Notes: generated by a model from the sequence alone, not told the origin. DNA of 64,000 nt from Vicugna vicugna (GCA_013265495.1 MU063176.1:2848344-2912343), one strand, 5' to 3'. Positions 1 to 13,384 are shown, counted from the first letter of the stretch. Made by a program: numbers and translations.

Positions 1-89
1 TGGATGTTATCCTTACTTTATTTCTTTGAAGATCCTAAAGCTGTGAGTGTTATATATTATCCCTTACATCCACTGTAACAGAATCCCTG

Positions 90-488
90 GATTATAACTG
101 AGTACTTGGCTACCTGTAATAACAGAATACATTTCTTGGCTTCTCTTCTGGCTAAGTTCTGGCCAAAAGAAGGTAGGTGGAAGTGTCAGTTGTCATCTTC
201 CTGAAAACTTCTTTAATAGACAGCTGACATATGCCTTTTTACCATCCTGCTGCCTGAAATGTAGATGAGATGGCTGGAGCTCTAGCTATCAGTTTGAACT
301 ATGAGGCCATGATCCAAGCATTGAGCCAGTGATTAGCTGGATCAAGCTTGGCCTCTGAGGACTTGCTGAAGCAGAGCCACCTCACTAGGTTCAGAATATA
401 TTCACAGAGGAAACTTTAACTCCTGTTTCACTTGAGCCACTGTTATTTTGAATCTCAGTTACTCACAGTCAAACCTACTCCTCATACA
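90..488 (+). mobile_element. MaLR LTR (MLT1I/J-like)
   Basis: ttctggccaa... core and typical 3' end gagccactgttattttg...actcctcataca. Confidence 0.6.
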
Positions 489-1029
489 GACTCTAAACAG
501 TTATTTTAAATTCATTTTCAGAATACTATTTTTATCTTAATTAGCATGAATTCATTTGTCATTGTTTTTGAAGGCTGTCTTTTTAACACTACGTTTCTTC
601 ACTAGTTTTGGAGATTTGGTCCAGAGGCTCATCTTAAGTAGAAGTCTTCCTGCCTATCTCTTGGTTTTCTCATTTTAAGCAGTGAACCTGGCTTCACACT
701 CCACCTCACATGGGGCACTTCTGTTTCATATTGCCCTACAGGAGCTGAAACTCATGGCCATCTCTGCCTGCTCTAGACTGGAGCACTGTGGGCCTTTGTT
801 TTCAGTTCTGTGATCACTTTATATTTCTCCCTCCCCCCCTCTCTCTCTCTTCCTTCTCTTTTTTGGCTGTGGCTCAAAGCATGAGCTCTCGATCCACCTG
901 GATTGGAAGCCCCTTTGCCTCCTCCACATACAACTTCTTTACCTTTAACTCTTTCTCTGGATATTCACATCTATTCCCACTCTCTCAGTTTGTTCATTCA
1001 CAAATTTTTATCTCAAGCCTTAGGCATGA

Positions 1030-1700
1030 ATATCTAATTTCCCATGTGAAACCCATCCCCACCCCCTGGATGTCTCACTGGTGTCTCAAACTTACCTCAG
1101 GTTCAATCCCCTCACGTCTGTTCCTCTTATTTTCCCCATTACACTCTTTGAAACCACCATCCACTGAGGTTCCAAAAAGAAAGTCATCCCTACCAAAACC
1201 CAGTAGTTGCACACTTCAAATGAATGAACCGTACACTATGTGAATTACAGCTCCCTAAACCTATTTTTAAAAAAAAAGGAAAAGAAAAGAAAGCCATCCT
1301 TCATTTCTCCCTCTCTCCATGCCCCCATGTCTAATCCCTCAGCAAGTTCTCCAAACCACATTTTGAAACTGCCCCTCTCCGCTCCTTCCTGCTTCCATTC
1401 TGATCTGAGCCGTGACCAGCTCTCCTTCGGACACCTACGAGAGAGTCCAACTAACCTCCATGATGCCCTTCACTCAGCTCCCCGCTGATTCTCCTCAAAG
1501 CTGCCAGAAGAATCGTTTATTAATGTAAATTAGATCATGTTACTCACCAGCTCAAGAAGGCATCCACCTCACTTACAATAAAATTCATACTTAGAGTCAC
1601 CGCCTTCAAGGCTTATGTGACCCGGTCCCAGCCACCCTCCCAACTTCTCTGGGGCCTCTCTCTCCACCTTCCCTTTCCTGCAGCCACGATGCTGAGAGTC
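1030..1700 (+). mobile_element. L2 LINE fragments
   Basis: cctggatgtctcactggtgtctcaaactt and aaatgtaaattagatcatgttactc resemble the L2 3' region. Confidence 0.6.
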
Positions 1701-2580
1701 AGACTTCACCCTGCCTACCACCTTTTTTCCCCACTCTAAAGAAAATAATAATCATGAACTATTTCAAGCATTTGGAAATTATTATAGACAGTAATACAGC
1801 TGACAATCCTGTACCTGGCGAGAGTCAACAAAGATGACCACCAGCCGTGTCTGTCCCAGACTCCTCTCTCCTCCGGAGTAACATCTAGTTACTCCGCTTC
1901 AGGAAAGTACCTAGATGTCGCTGAAGACCATCTCTGCCTCCAGCTCATTCTCTCTCCCTCTGCCCCTTTCCTCCAACGTAACCACCATTCTGAAGCTGGT
2001 AGGAACCTTCCTGTTCTTACTATTCAAGGGTTTTTTTTCTAAAGACAACATACAGAATTATTTTGCATGTTTGTAAAGTTTACAGAAATGGCACCAAGGG
2101 AACAGATCCTTTTGCAACTTTTTCCCACTAAGTTTTACGTGGCTGGTCCCTTCTTATCTTTTGGGTCTCGGTTTCTGTGACCTCCCCAGAAGAAGTTTCT
2201 CCTGACCTGAACAGCAAACAGGTTCTTCCCTTCCACGCCCTGACCTCCACACACCTGTCCCCTCTCAGCATTATCTCTAGGACACCGTCGTGTTGCTTCC
2301 TTTTAGAGACCTGATCACAGGGCACACTGCTGTTGGTGATAGTGTTTTCTTCTTGTCAATGTGGTGAACGACTGCCTCCCTCATTGGACCATAAGCTAGT
2401 GAAGGCCAAGCCCATGGCTACCTGCTCATGGTGGTGGCCTGGTCCCGGTTCCTAACATAGAGCGTGGTACATGGTAGAACACTGGTGGAACCAATGAATT
2501 ATTGGATGAAGAGCCTTTTAAATAAAAAGTAAGTTAAGGAAAAAAATTTATATAGTGTTACACTTGAGTAAAAAGGAAAT

Positions 2581-3010
2581 GAATGATGTGCTGGGCTGGC
2601 TGTACTAACAAGAGCTGACTGTGAAATTTTCCAGAATTTCATGAACCAGTTGTTAAACACAGCCATAAATTAAAAATTACATTATTAAAAATTATAAACT
2701 TACAATGCAATAAGTTATATCTTTTAAAAAAGCAATAAATACCCAACACTTACCACTTCCTAATTATTTTACTAGATTTTACTATATTGATGTTCTTGCG
2801 GGCTTTGGCGTCTACTGTACCTGTACGGTAGAAATACTTTAGAATAATTGTCATGGCATATCTCTTCCCAAATGGTCACTTAGTGCCTTCATGTTGGCAG
2901 CTTGAAGCCAGCCATGGTGGGAGCGTTTGTACCAAGAAAACTGGCACATATGTTCCCCTCCTCCACAACCATCACCAGCAGGTTGTTAAATACTTGCCAG
3001 CACAGCACTG
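2581..3010 (+). mobile_element. MER63-type hAT-Blackjack non-autonomous DNA transposon
   Basis: Terminal inverted repeats gaatgatgtgctgg ... ccagcacagcactg; internal ccagttgttaaacacagccat typical of MER63. Confidence 0.8.
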
Positions 3011-3389
3011 TGTGTGTGTTTCTCTGTTCATGGGAAGTCTGGGAGATGCATTTCAAACTCTCAACTCTGGTTACCTCTAGCGGGGAGGAAAGAGGGAAGG
3101 AGGAGAAAGCCTTGGTTTTGTCTACTTATGAGACTACATGGCCTCTGTGGTTAAAAACTCTCAGACAAACCAAAAGAGAAAATGTGCAGTTCAGGCTCCT
3201 CCTTTTCTGGCAGTCTCCCAAGGTGGTGCCCCCCGTCTTCAGTCTTCAGGGACCTTCCCTTGGAATCTCAGGGAACCCTGTACTTTGTCATAATGCTAAT
3301 CACCCTTCATTATCATTTTCTCAATGCTCCGCTCTCTCCTGGGGGAAGACAGAAGCATGTGTAGGTCCCGCAGCCAGTAGCAAGAGCAC

Positions 3390-3600
3390 CTAGTGGGCAG
3401 TAAGAGCCATGGAGCCAGAGGAATCAGCCAGAACCTCAGCTTCACCACTGCCAAGCTGAGTGACCTGGGGCAGGTGACTTCATGAGCCAGTTGTTAAACA
3501 CAGCCATTATTAAAACTGGCCAGGCTTCAGTTTCCTCACCTATAAAATGGGGGTAAAAGCCAACCTTGCAGCACTGCCGTATGTCTGATATAGAAGGCAC
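3390..3600 (+). mobile_element. MIR SINE carrying a 37-bp MER63-derived insert
   Basis: gtgacctggggcaggtgactt ... cagtttcctcacctataaaatgggg MIR core. Confidence 0.75.
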
Positions 3601-4669
3601 TCCATAAACGGTCACTATTAACACTGTGATCATGGTTGTGATGATTAACGAAGGGACCAAATGTTAGTTACGACTAATTCCGGGTGGTGGGAGGTCTGCG
3701 GGTCAACACTTAGTCGTCATCAGACTTTTTGCAGCTTCAGCTAGGTCGAGAAGCCCGGGGGGAGCTGTGAGGGGCACAGGAGCTGCCTTGGACCTCTGTT
3801 ACTGGGTTTGGATCCACAGGTTTGCTGAGGGATGTTTCTTGGCTTATCTTTCCCATCAATTAGAATTTTCTCCAATCAGCATTTATTCATTCAACAAATA
3901 TTGCAGAGGAAGCAGCTATGGTGTCAGGCTCTAGGGAGAAAATGATGATCCTGTAAGACAATGTCTTTGCTCTCACAAACTCATAGTCCAAAAGATACAG
4001 AAGGGAGGCCACCATGATATCCCATGGTCAGTACCGGGGTGGGGAAGTCTACGGAATATGGGAGCTCAGCGCTGGTGCCCTGTACCTGGAGGTCAATCAA
4101 GGACTCTCTTGGGCAGTGTGGAATCTAAGCTGACGTCTTGGAGCAGAAGAGGGCAAGGAGGTTCTAGGTGGAGGAAGCAGGCGCGGGGGATCACAGAGGG
4201 TGTTTAGAGCACATCACACGTTACTGATAAGCCCCGGCCAGTGGAGTAGAGAGCAGGCTGTTGGCTTCATGTCCTAGAACTGAGATGATCCAGGAATGGC
4301 CAGCCAGGGCCAGATGCTCAGGACCAAGCCCCAGAAGACTGGTTTCCCAGCATCCTCCTTCATCTTATTCCTCAAGATCTACTCCTTGGCCCCTCTGAAC
4401 CCAGCACTTCTTAGACCAGTGAGATGTGAGAAGGACTTGGATAACCTGGACCTGACAGAGAAGGACGACCACCGTCGTAAGATGGTCCTTTAGCCTGGCA
4501 GAGGAGGGGTCAAAGAAAGCAGAGCCATTATCAGATATGGGAAGGACCACCACGTTGGGGAGGGCAGGCAAAACCAGGACCACTTAGAGGGACATAGGCC
4601 TGAACTCAGCATGAGTACTATGCAAGTAGAACATAAGATACATGTTTCAACATGCTGAGAAGTCCTGCA

Positions 4670-4845
4670 GTGGAACAAGCAGCCTTGCAAGGTAGTGAGT
4701 TTCTTGTTACTGGGAGTATTTAAGCAGGAGGAGCTGGATGATCTGCTATCAAGGAAACTAAAGAGAGGAGTTCTCCAGTGAGTAGAAATCCGTCCTAAAT
4801 GACCTATGAAATTCTGTCTAAAACTAAGATTGTGTGATTCCATGT
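4670..4845 (+). mobile_element. L3/CR1 3' fragment
   Basis: ggtagtgagtttcttgttactgggagtattcaagcag-like segment and 3' ctaagattgtgtgattc. Confidence 0.5.
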
Positions 4846-4989
4846 GGACAGATCCTAAGAAAACAATATAAAACACATGCATTTTGGCTCCCTGGGTCAA
4901 GCAAGGGTCCAAGTAAACAAGAATGCTATTTCTGACCATGGTAATAATTAACAAAGACATCAATTTCAAAACATTAGCAGCTGCCCCTC

Positions 4990-5180
4990 ATGGAGCCATT
5001 TCACTGAGCCAAGTACTCTAATACACTGTCTAAAGAATTCTCACAACTCTACGAAGTAGCTACAATTATTATCCCCACGTTACAGATTAGGAAACTGAGA
5101 TTCAGAGCCAGTAGACAGCCTGCCTGAGGCCACAAAGAAGATGCGTGGGGTATCTGGAGTTCAGACTCTGCAGGTACAGC
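4990..5180 (-). mobile_element. MIR SINE
   Basis: attatccccacgttacagattaggaaactgaga is the reverse MIR core. Confidence 0.75.
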
Positions 5181-5998
5181 TCCTGCTCTTAAGCACTCTG
5201 CAGAGTGATGGATGGATGAATGAATGCGAAGCCCAGGTTCCCCAAATGACTTCATCAGAATCAAGCGGGAACATCCTGGGGCCCTCTCTGAACTTCCAGC
5301 TTTGCTACTGGTTTGACCAAATTTGCTGCAAAAAGATCAGCATTTTAACAGGGAGGAACACCTTGTTTTGCGGAAGAATGTCTGCCACAGTCAAGGACTC
5401 ACTGTTGGGCTCCTCTAAATGGTGCCATAACTGGATGCTGCTGAGACCAGAGTTTTAAAAACCTGATTTGTTTGCAACTTTCCAGGAACCCATCGAATCC
5501 AAAAAGCATTCTGATTTTCAGCTCTGCAACTCCTCTTAGAGCAAAGTGGTTACCAAAACGATTGGTGAAGCCATCTGCAGTTGACAAAGCTCTTTCACAC
5601 ATCTCAGATGCTCCTCTCAGAAGCCCAGGAGGCAGACAGCATCACCTCTGTTCACTAGACAGTTCCCAGACCAGCAAATTGAAACACAGAGAGATAAATA
5701 GGCCTGCCTGAACTCGAACTTGAACTCTGGCCTCTACTATGCCCAGACACATGGAATGAAGAACACTGAAAATGGAATGGGGACTCTGAGATTATTCAGG
5801 CCCTGGGCTCATAACCTGGTGTCTATATCTCGACTTCAGCCAAGAGAAGAAGGAGGGTCCCTTAAAAATGTGCACAACATTTTAGGAATATTGGTATATG
5901 AGTATAACTTCCTAGGTGACTCAAGAAGGATCAGAAACCATGATCCAACCCTTCTCCATACCTTCCCCACCACCATTTAACTGACAGTGGAATTAGTA

Positions 5999-7089
5999 CA
6001 GTTGGCCCTATAATTTGCAAGTTCAGCATCCACAGATTCAACCAACCAAGGATCAAAAATATTTTTTAAAATTTTTCCAGAAGTTTCAAACAGCAAATTA
6101 AAATTTGCCACACTGCATACATCCAGAGGAAACTCTAATTCTAAANNNNNNNNNNNNNNNNNNNNNNNNNNNNNNNNNNNNNNNNNNNNNNNNNNNNNNN
6201 NNNNNNNNNNNNNNNNNNNNNNNNNNNNNNNNNNNNNNNNNNNNNNNNNNNNNNNNNNNNNNNNNNNNNNNNNNNNNNNNNNNNNNNNNNNNNNNNNNNN
6301 NNNNNNNNNNNNNNNNNNNNNNNNNNNNNNNNNNNNNNNNNNNNNNNNAAAGAATAAAGCCATTTACTGCAACATGGATGGACTTGGAGATCATCATACT
6401 AAGTGAAGTAAACTAGAAAGAGAAAGAAAAATACCATATGACATTGCTTATATGTGGAATCTAAAAAAAAAAGACACAAATGAACTAATTTACAAAATAG
6501 AAACAGACTCAAAAACATAGAAAACAAACATGGTTACCAGTGAGGGAAGAGGATAGGAAGGGATAAATTAGGAGCTGGAGATTTGCAGACACTAACTACT
6601 ATATATAAATTAGTAAACAACAAGTTTATACTGTAGCGCACAGGGAACTATATTCAATACCTTGTAGTAACCTACAATGAAAAAGAATATGAAGAGGAAT
6701 ATATGTATCTATATGTATGACTGAAACATTATGCTGTACACCAGAAATTGACACAACATTGCAAACCAACTATACTTCAATAAAAAAAAAAANNNNNNNN
6801 NNNNNNNNNNNNNNNNNNNNNNNNNNNNNNNNNNNNNNNNNNNNNNAAAAAAAAAAAAAAAGTCTGTCACATCGGCAACTATTTATACAGCATTTACATT
6901 ATATTTACACACCATTTACATCGTATTGGGTATTATAAGTATCTAGAGATGATTTAAAGTATACAGGAGGATGTTGTGTAGGTTATATGCAAAGACTGCA
7001 CCATTTACATAAGGGACTTGAGCATCCATGGATTTTGGCACCCATGGAGGTCCTGGAACCAATGCCCTGCCAATTCCAAAGGACAACTG
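5999..7089 (+). mobile_element. Tigger3/MER7-type Tc1-mariner MITE, interrupted by L1
   Basis: TA|CAGTTGGCCCT ... AAGGACAACTG|TA: TIRs plus TA duplication; body ggattcaaccaacc, tctagagatgatttaaagtatac. Confidence 0.85.
6114..6860 (+). mobile_element. 5'-truncated, relatively young L1 (camelid-like 3' UTR) with poly(A) tail
   Basis: ORF2 end (ATWMDLEIIILSEV), 3' UTR ...gactgaaacattatgctgtacaccagaaattgacacaacattg..., AATAAA and A-tail at 6782-6860 (partly N). Confidence 0.9.
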
Positions 7090-8161
7090 TACATACTTTC
7101 TTTTATTATTCTATTTCTCAAATTTCAAAAAGGCCCTGGAGACCCGGTAAATGAGGCATGTTGACATACAATCCCAAATTCCACATTCAGGTTTCACATC
7201 CTGTAATTTCACTCATCACCCGTAGCCAGTCCTGAAACACGTGTGAATCTAACTTGAGACGATAAAGGTGCAATGTGCTCATCAACTGTATGCAAAAAGG
7301 ATAAATACAGCTCATGGGGTATGCTCCATTAGATGGTGCATCCTCATTTTATGGATAAGAAAACTAGAGCTGGGCGAGAACACTGACTAGCCCCAAGACA
7401 CGTTTCCCTCAAGTGGGAGGAATGACGGAGTCCAGAGCCCTGTCATCAATGCAGACAGTTCTTCCCTTCCCCGGTCCCTCTCCTCTGCCTGGAAAAGGCA
7501 CACAGTCTTGGAACCAGCCTCCAAACCACCACCCCCTATCCTGAACACACTTGGCCTCACTCTTCTTGGTAAGACTTGGTGGCACTGGTGAAATGCACTC
7601 TTGCACTTGAGGAGTGGCATCAGGAGACGGGCTTGAATCCTGTCTCTTTGCTGTGCCTGACATGCAGGGTCTTGGGGCAAAGGTGGGAAAAAGACCCAAG
7701 AGAATCTGCCCATCTGGGAGGCAGCAAAAATGCAAATTAAAATGGGCATGTGGCCCAAGAGAAATTAGACAGAAACAAACTTTATACATCATACAAAAGA
7801 TTTGAAGGGTCTTCCCAGTTCACAAAGCAGAGAGAAGCAGTTGACAGGGCTGATGTGAAATGCATCAAATGGAGTTATTCAAAACACAACCGGCATATCC
7901 ATCACAGGCAGCTCTCCACCAATAACCAGTGAAATGATCTAGAGATAGTGAGAAAAAAAGCAGGGAAAAAAGCCAAAANNNNNNNNNNNNNNNNNNNNNN
8001 NNNNNNNNNNNNNNNNNNNNNNNNNNNNNNNNNNNNNNNNNNNNNNNNNNNNNNNNNNNNNNNNNNNNNNNNNNNNNNNNNNNNNNNNNNNNNNNNNNNN
8101 NNNNNNNNNNNNNNNNNNNNNNNNNNNNNNNNNNNNNNNNNNNNNNNNNNNNNNNNNNNNN

Positions 8162-8706
8162 GTTACCATACGACCCCACAGTTCCACTCTGAAATACAGA
8201 CACAGAAGATAGGTCCACACAGAAACTTGTACTCTAGTGTTTACAGTAGCATTATTCATAATAACCAAAAGGTGGAAACAACCCAACTGTCTGTGAACGG
8301 ACATACAGACAAACAAAACGTGCTACTGCCATGCAGTGGAATACTACTTGGCCATAAAAAGGAATGACACCTGCCACAATTCGGATGCACCTTGAAAACA
8401 TTAAGCTGAGTGAGAGAAGCTGGTCACAAAAGACCACATACTACACGATCTTATTCACATGAAAGTCCAGAATAGGGAAATGTATAGAGTCAGAGAGTAG
8501 CAGAGTGGTTGCCTAGGGCTGGAAGGGAAAGGAGGGGGAAGGTGGGGGTGACAGTTAAAGGAAAGAGTTTCTTCTTGAGGTGAGGAAAATGTTCTAAAAC
8601 TGACTGTGGTGATGGCTGCACCTATCTGCGAATATACTAAAGATCACTGAATTACACAATTTAAATGGGTGGCTTGGATGGTACATGACTTCTAGCTCAA
8701 TAAAGT
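8162..8706 (+). mobile_element. L1MB-type LINE 3' end
   Basis: ORF2 end followed by gttctaaaactgactgtggtgatggctgcac...caataaag. Confidence 0.8.
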
Positions 8707-8864
8707 AGAAGAAATCTTCCAAATATTCAGCAGCAGCAATAAGACAAGGAAAAGGAAATAACCTTCTGTCACTGGCTTGACAAGTCTTCCCCAGAGAAAC
8801 AGGAGTGTCGGTCTGAGTGGAAGACCAAGGGATGTCACGTGGGCATCTAAGTAGTCACGCTTGG

Positions 8865-9070
8865 GGTTGGGGATTAGGAGCTCCAGCTTTGGTTCAAACT
8901 CCTGGTTCCACGATTTGTTGTGTGGCCTTGGACAAGTAACCTGGCCCTTTAAGCTCGTTTCTCAATCCGTAAAAAGGGGTAATAATACTTATCCCACAGC
9001 ACGCTTGGGCAGATGCGAAAGCTAAGTCACACACATCCTTTAGCACCCAACAAACGACAGCCACTGTCGC
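8865..9070 (+). mobile_element. MIR SINE
   Basis: ggttcaaactcctgg...gtggccttggacaagtaac MIR core. Confidence 0.7.
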
Positions 9071-9419
9071 CATTATGACAGTGGTTGCCCTAACAGCGTT
9101 TGCTCAGGACCCTCTGGGATTTCAGGGCGCTGAATTTGGCTCTGAGGGGGTAAATCAGACAAGATCTCTCCTGGAGGAATTTTCAAACACCAGGAAACCC
9201 CAAATCCACTGTTATTAAAACCAGAAAGTTCACTAGAAATTAGTGTTTCTCAGAGTAAGGTCTTCAGATATGTTCTCAAGATCCAAAAGTTCTCACAAAG
9301 AATTTGTAATTCACTGTTTTCATTTTTTAAAAAATCAATATACGGGAATGCCCATGAGATTTCAGCCCCCAAATAGTATAGTGCTTGTGACTGAGTTGGC
9401 ACTTGTGCCTATGAATTCC

Positions 9420-9870
9420 TGGCCCGGCTCTCGCCCCTCCCTACCACCCGTGGCTGTGTGACTCTGGACTAGGCTCTGTCTTACAGGTGGCCTGGACTTC
9501 TTCATTCCTCTATCTTGGGTCCAGCCACGTGACTTGTTTGGCCAATGGGATATTAACATGCATGATGCAAGCACAGGTTTGAAATGTGCTTGTGAGGGTG
9601 GGCTTGCCCACGGGGCCTCTGTCTTCACAGGAGAAGAGCTTCCCCAGGGAGCCCCCGGCTCTTCAGTCTGGGCCCAGAACAGACACATTTGGAGTGGACC
9701 AGGCACTCGGTGGGGAGCCAAGCTTACCCTGCCACTGGAGGCTGAGTAGCCCAGCCGAGCCCAGTTAAATCAGCCCAACCGCAGGCAACCAGCAGACACA
9801 TCAGAATAAATGAGGATCTGCAGTCAACCAGCAGATACCTGAGCAAAAATCAATGACTGCTTTTCTATGC
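9420..9870 (+). mobile_element. MaLR LTR (MLT1J/K-like)
   Basis: ccacgtgacttgtttggccaatggga...cccagccgagccc...agaataaatg. Confidence 0.6.
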
Positions 9871-10181
9871 CTGGGGGCAGCAGACCAGGGCCTGAAGGCT
9901 AAATCCAGCCCCCCTCCCTGTTTTATACAGCCCACCAGCTAAGAACGGTTTGCACATTTCTAAATGGTTGAAAATAAATCAAAAGAAGACTATTTCATCA
10001 TGTGACAATAACATGGAATTCAAATGTCAGTCTTCATAAATAAAGTTCTAACTAGAACACACACTTCTGGCTGCTCTCACACTACGATGCCAGACCTGAG
10101 TAGTGAGACAGACCCGGTAGGCTCCACAAAGCCTAGAACACTTACTATCAGGCCCTTTACACAAAAAGTTTACCCACCCGG
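9871..10181 (+). mobile_element. MER58B-like hAT-Charlie element
   Basis: aaatccagccc...cagctaagaacggttt...actatcaggccctttacacaaaaagttt. Confidence 0.8.
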
Positions 10182-10724
10182 GTTCCACATCACTGAATTT
10201 GAAGGTAGCTGGTTACATAATAACAGCTGACTGTACCATACCAACTATTACTGCTTGCAATGAGCCAATGATAAAAAGAACAGATACAAACTTAATATGT
10301 CAAGGACGCATTCTGGCAAAGACTAAGAAACATCGCGGCTATTGCATCAGCAAGAGTTTCCAGTGTTTCAAATACAGACAAACAAATAAAGAAAATAAAA
10401 TATCACATGGCACACAAAAGCACAGGCACGTCAGAACGCCACCAAAGAAATTGTGTCTAAGTTGTCACTATTGCATTCACTCTATAAACAGCAATTTAGT
10501 TGCAGTAAAATGTCATCCAAAACAGGACACTGATTTTGTTAGTTTGAATTACATTAGTTTGTGTAGTTCTCTGCATTTTATATTTGTCTGTTTTGGTTGT
10601 ATATCTGTTTAACAGCTATGAGAAATGTTGTGTTCATCTAGCTTTTACGTTTAAACCTTTTAAAGTAACTTTGGAATAAAATTAACATAACATTGGGGCC
10701 CCATAAACATTAAAAGTCAAACAC

Positions 10725-11465
10725 CTGACCAACAGGTACATGAAAAGATGTTCAACATCACCAGTCATCAGGGAAATGCAAAGCAAAACCACAATAAGGT
10801 ATCACTTCATGACTGTCAGAATGGCTTTCATCAAAAGTACAAGAAATANNNNNNNNNNNNNNNNNNNNNNNNNNNNNNNNNNNNNNNNNNNNNNNNNNNN
10901 NNNNNNNNNNNNNNNNNNNNNNNNNNNNNNNNNNNNNNNNNNNNNNNNNNNNNNNNNNNNNNNNNNNNNNNNNNNNNNNNACTATTTCCACTTCTGGGTA
11001 TTTAACCAAAGAAAACTTAGCTCAAAAAGAAATCTGCAACCCCATGTTCATTACAACATAGCCTGTAACAGCCAAGAAATGGAAACAACCTAAGTGTCCA
11101 TTAGTGGATGAATGGATAAAGAAAATGTGGATAGATATACAAGAGGATGCTTTTCAGCCATAAAAAAGAAGGAGATTCTGCAGTTTGCAACATGGATGGG
11201 CCTTGAGGGCATTATGCTAAATCAAATAAGTAAGACCAAGACAAATACTGCATGATCTCACTTACATGTGGCATCTAAAGGAAAAACAACAACAAAACAA
11301 AATAAAACCCCAGAAACTCAGAATTCATAGATACAGAGAAGAGATTGACAGTTGCCAGAGGCAAGGAGTGAGGAGGTTGTCAAAATGCGTGAGATGGTCA
11401 AAATAAAATAAATTAGTCCTGGGCATATTAATATACAGCGTGGTAACTACAGTAACATATATACA
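10725..11465 (+). mobile_element. L1MA9-like LINE 3' fragment
   Basis: The ORF at 10740 reads MKRCSTSPVIREMQSKTTIRYH, the L1 ORF2 C-terminus; followed by a typical 3' UTR. Confidence 0.85.
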
Positions 11466-12958
11466 CATATTTTTAGAAGTCACCTCAATATAACACAAGT
11501 GAGAAACACAACTGCAGAAGAAGCGCTGAGGAGACCAGGAATGTTGAAGGTCAAGTTTAGAGCCAACTTATATTAGAAATATTGGACTAGTTCAGAATAG
11601 TTTTTCGTGCTTTACTTTTGTTCCAATATAATAGATTTTGAGAATTATAGGCTCAGTTTCAGCCAAAACTAGCTCAATAGCATATTATTTTTGGGGGGGG
11701 ATGGAATATCTGTGGTTCAGTTCATGATTCAATAATCAAACAGCCACCATTTCTAAAACAGCTATACAAGCCAGGCTATTTAATGCTTCTGGTAATAAGA
11801 GAAATCTCAGGAGGGAGGCACATATTTTTATTCTTGGAAAAGCTGACATTGAATCAGCAGTGTTTTAAGATCCGTAACATCTTAGAACATGAGAAAAGCA
11901 ACTTTTTTCGAGCATCATCTTCCATTTTTCTTCTAAGCACACGCTGTACTCCTGCTGCACCTGTCACCAATTCCCCATCTCTACATCACACGTGCCCCCG
12001 TGCACATGCCGTGCCCGCGGCTTGTGATTCCGTGTTCCCTCAGTTCCTGACTCCACTGGTCACAATTCAACTCATCCCTCAAAACCTAGTCCAGGCTTAG
12101 AAGCAAGGACACCCCAAGAACAACGTGCACATCTAATGCTCAGAGATTTGATTTCTAGGTACCATTTCTCACTGAAACAAATCAGAGCTCCTAGGAGAGA
12201 TGGCTAGAACATCTTTTTTTTTGTACCAGAAAGTAAGGAAGTCCTAAAAGAAGGACAAAGAGTCTGAACGGGCTCCCGCTGGCCAAATCTAGGGCAATTT
12301 AAAGCTCAAAATGAATAACGCTGGGAATGGACTAGAACACACTGAAGGGAAAAAAAAAGAATCCACGAGTCCACGCTGATAGTAAAAATAACTGTAAAAT
12401 GAGGGATGGGGTGGGAGAGAAAGTTGACCACTGTTTTTTTAACCAAAGAATGTCAAGTCACAAATGTAGAAGGAATGGTTAAAAATCATTTCAAACCAAG
12501 AAAAATAATTGATACAGACAAGAATCATCAATAGTTGCTAAGACCACTGGGTTAAAGAGAAGACAAACGGACCTCGCGTTTTCCTGTTATCTGTAGTGAG
12601 AAAGACACAACATCCTTGGTGCCAAAAATCTAGAATCTGAATCTACTGTAGAGAAACAATCAGACAAATCTAAAACGTGGAACATTCGGCAAACAACTGC
12701 CCTGAACTCCTCCAAAGTGTCAATATTGCGAAAGAGAAAAAAACAATGCAGGGAAACTGTTCTAGGATAAAGGAGACTAATGAGACATGACAACTAAATG
12801 CAATGTGTGATGCTTGAGTGGGTCCTGAATGGGGGGGAAACTATAAAGGCCATTACTCAGGGCAATTGGGAAAATCTGAATATGGATTATAGTTGAGACA
12901 GTACTGTATCCATGGTTAAACTTCCTGAACATAATAATTATATTGTGATTATATCGGA

Positions 12959-13305
12959 CAGGGGTCAGCAAGCAACAGCCGGCAGGTCAAATCCAGCCCC
13001 TCATCCTTTTTCATACAGCCTGGGAGCTAAGCATGGTTTTGCTTGCTTTTTTAATGATTGAAAAAAAAAATTTAGGGGGTATCATTTCACTTGTTAGATT
13101 TTCAAAATGTATACGAAATTTCAATTTCATTGGAAGTGATATGAAATTCCTATTTCAGTGTTTATAAATGAAGTTTTATTGGAACCCAGCCACGCTTATT
13201 CATTTATGTGCCACCTATAGTTGTCTTCACTGTACGATGACAGAGCTGGCCAGCGGTGACAAGGGCCGCACGGCCCACGAAGCCTAATATCTGTAACTAT
13301 GTCTC
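12959..13305 (+). mobile_element. MER58B-like hAT-Charlie element nested in L1MC4
   Basis: Starts caggggtcagcaa...caaatccagccc; gttttattggaacccagccac. Confidence 0.8.
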
Positions 13306-13335
13306 AAACAGTTCAGAAAATACAAATGAAAAGAC

Positions 13336-13384
13336 TGTGTGTGCGCGTGTGTGCGTGTGCGCGCGCGCGCATGCACACGTGTAC
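13336..13384. repeat. (TG)/(CG) alternating purine-pyrimidine microsatellite
   Basis: tgtgtgtgcgcgtgtgtgcgtgtgcgcgcgcgcgcatgcacacgtgtac. Confidence 0.95.

Noticed and set aside
788-1488. 151-aa and 82-aa plus-strand ORFs
   Set aside because: Derived from pyrimidine-rich L2 sequence.
9058-9087. Hairpin CCACTGTC-8nt-GACAGTGG
   Set aside because: An 8-10-bp stem at a MIR tail is expected by chance in 64 kb.
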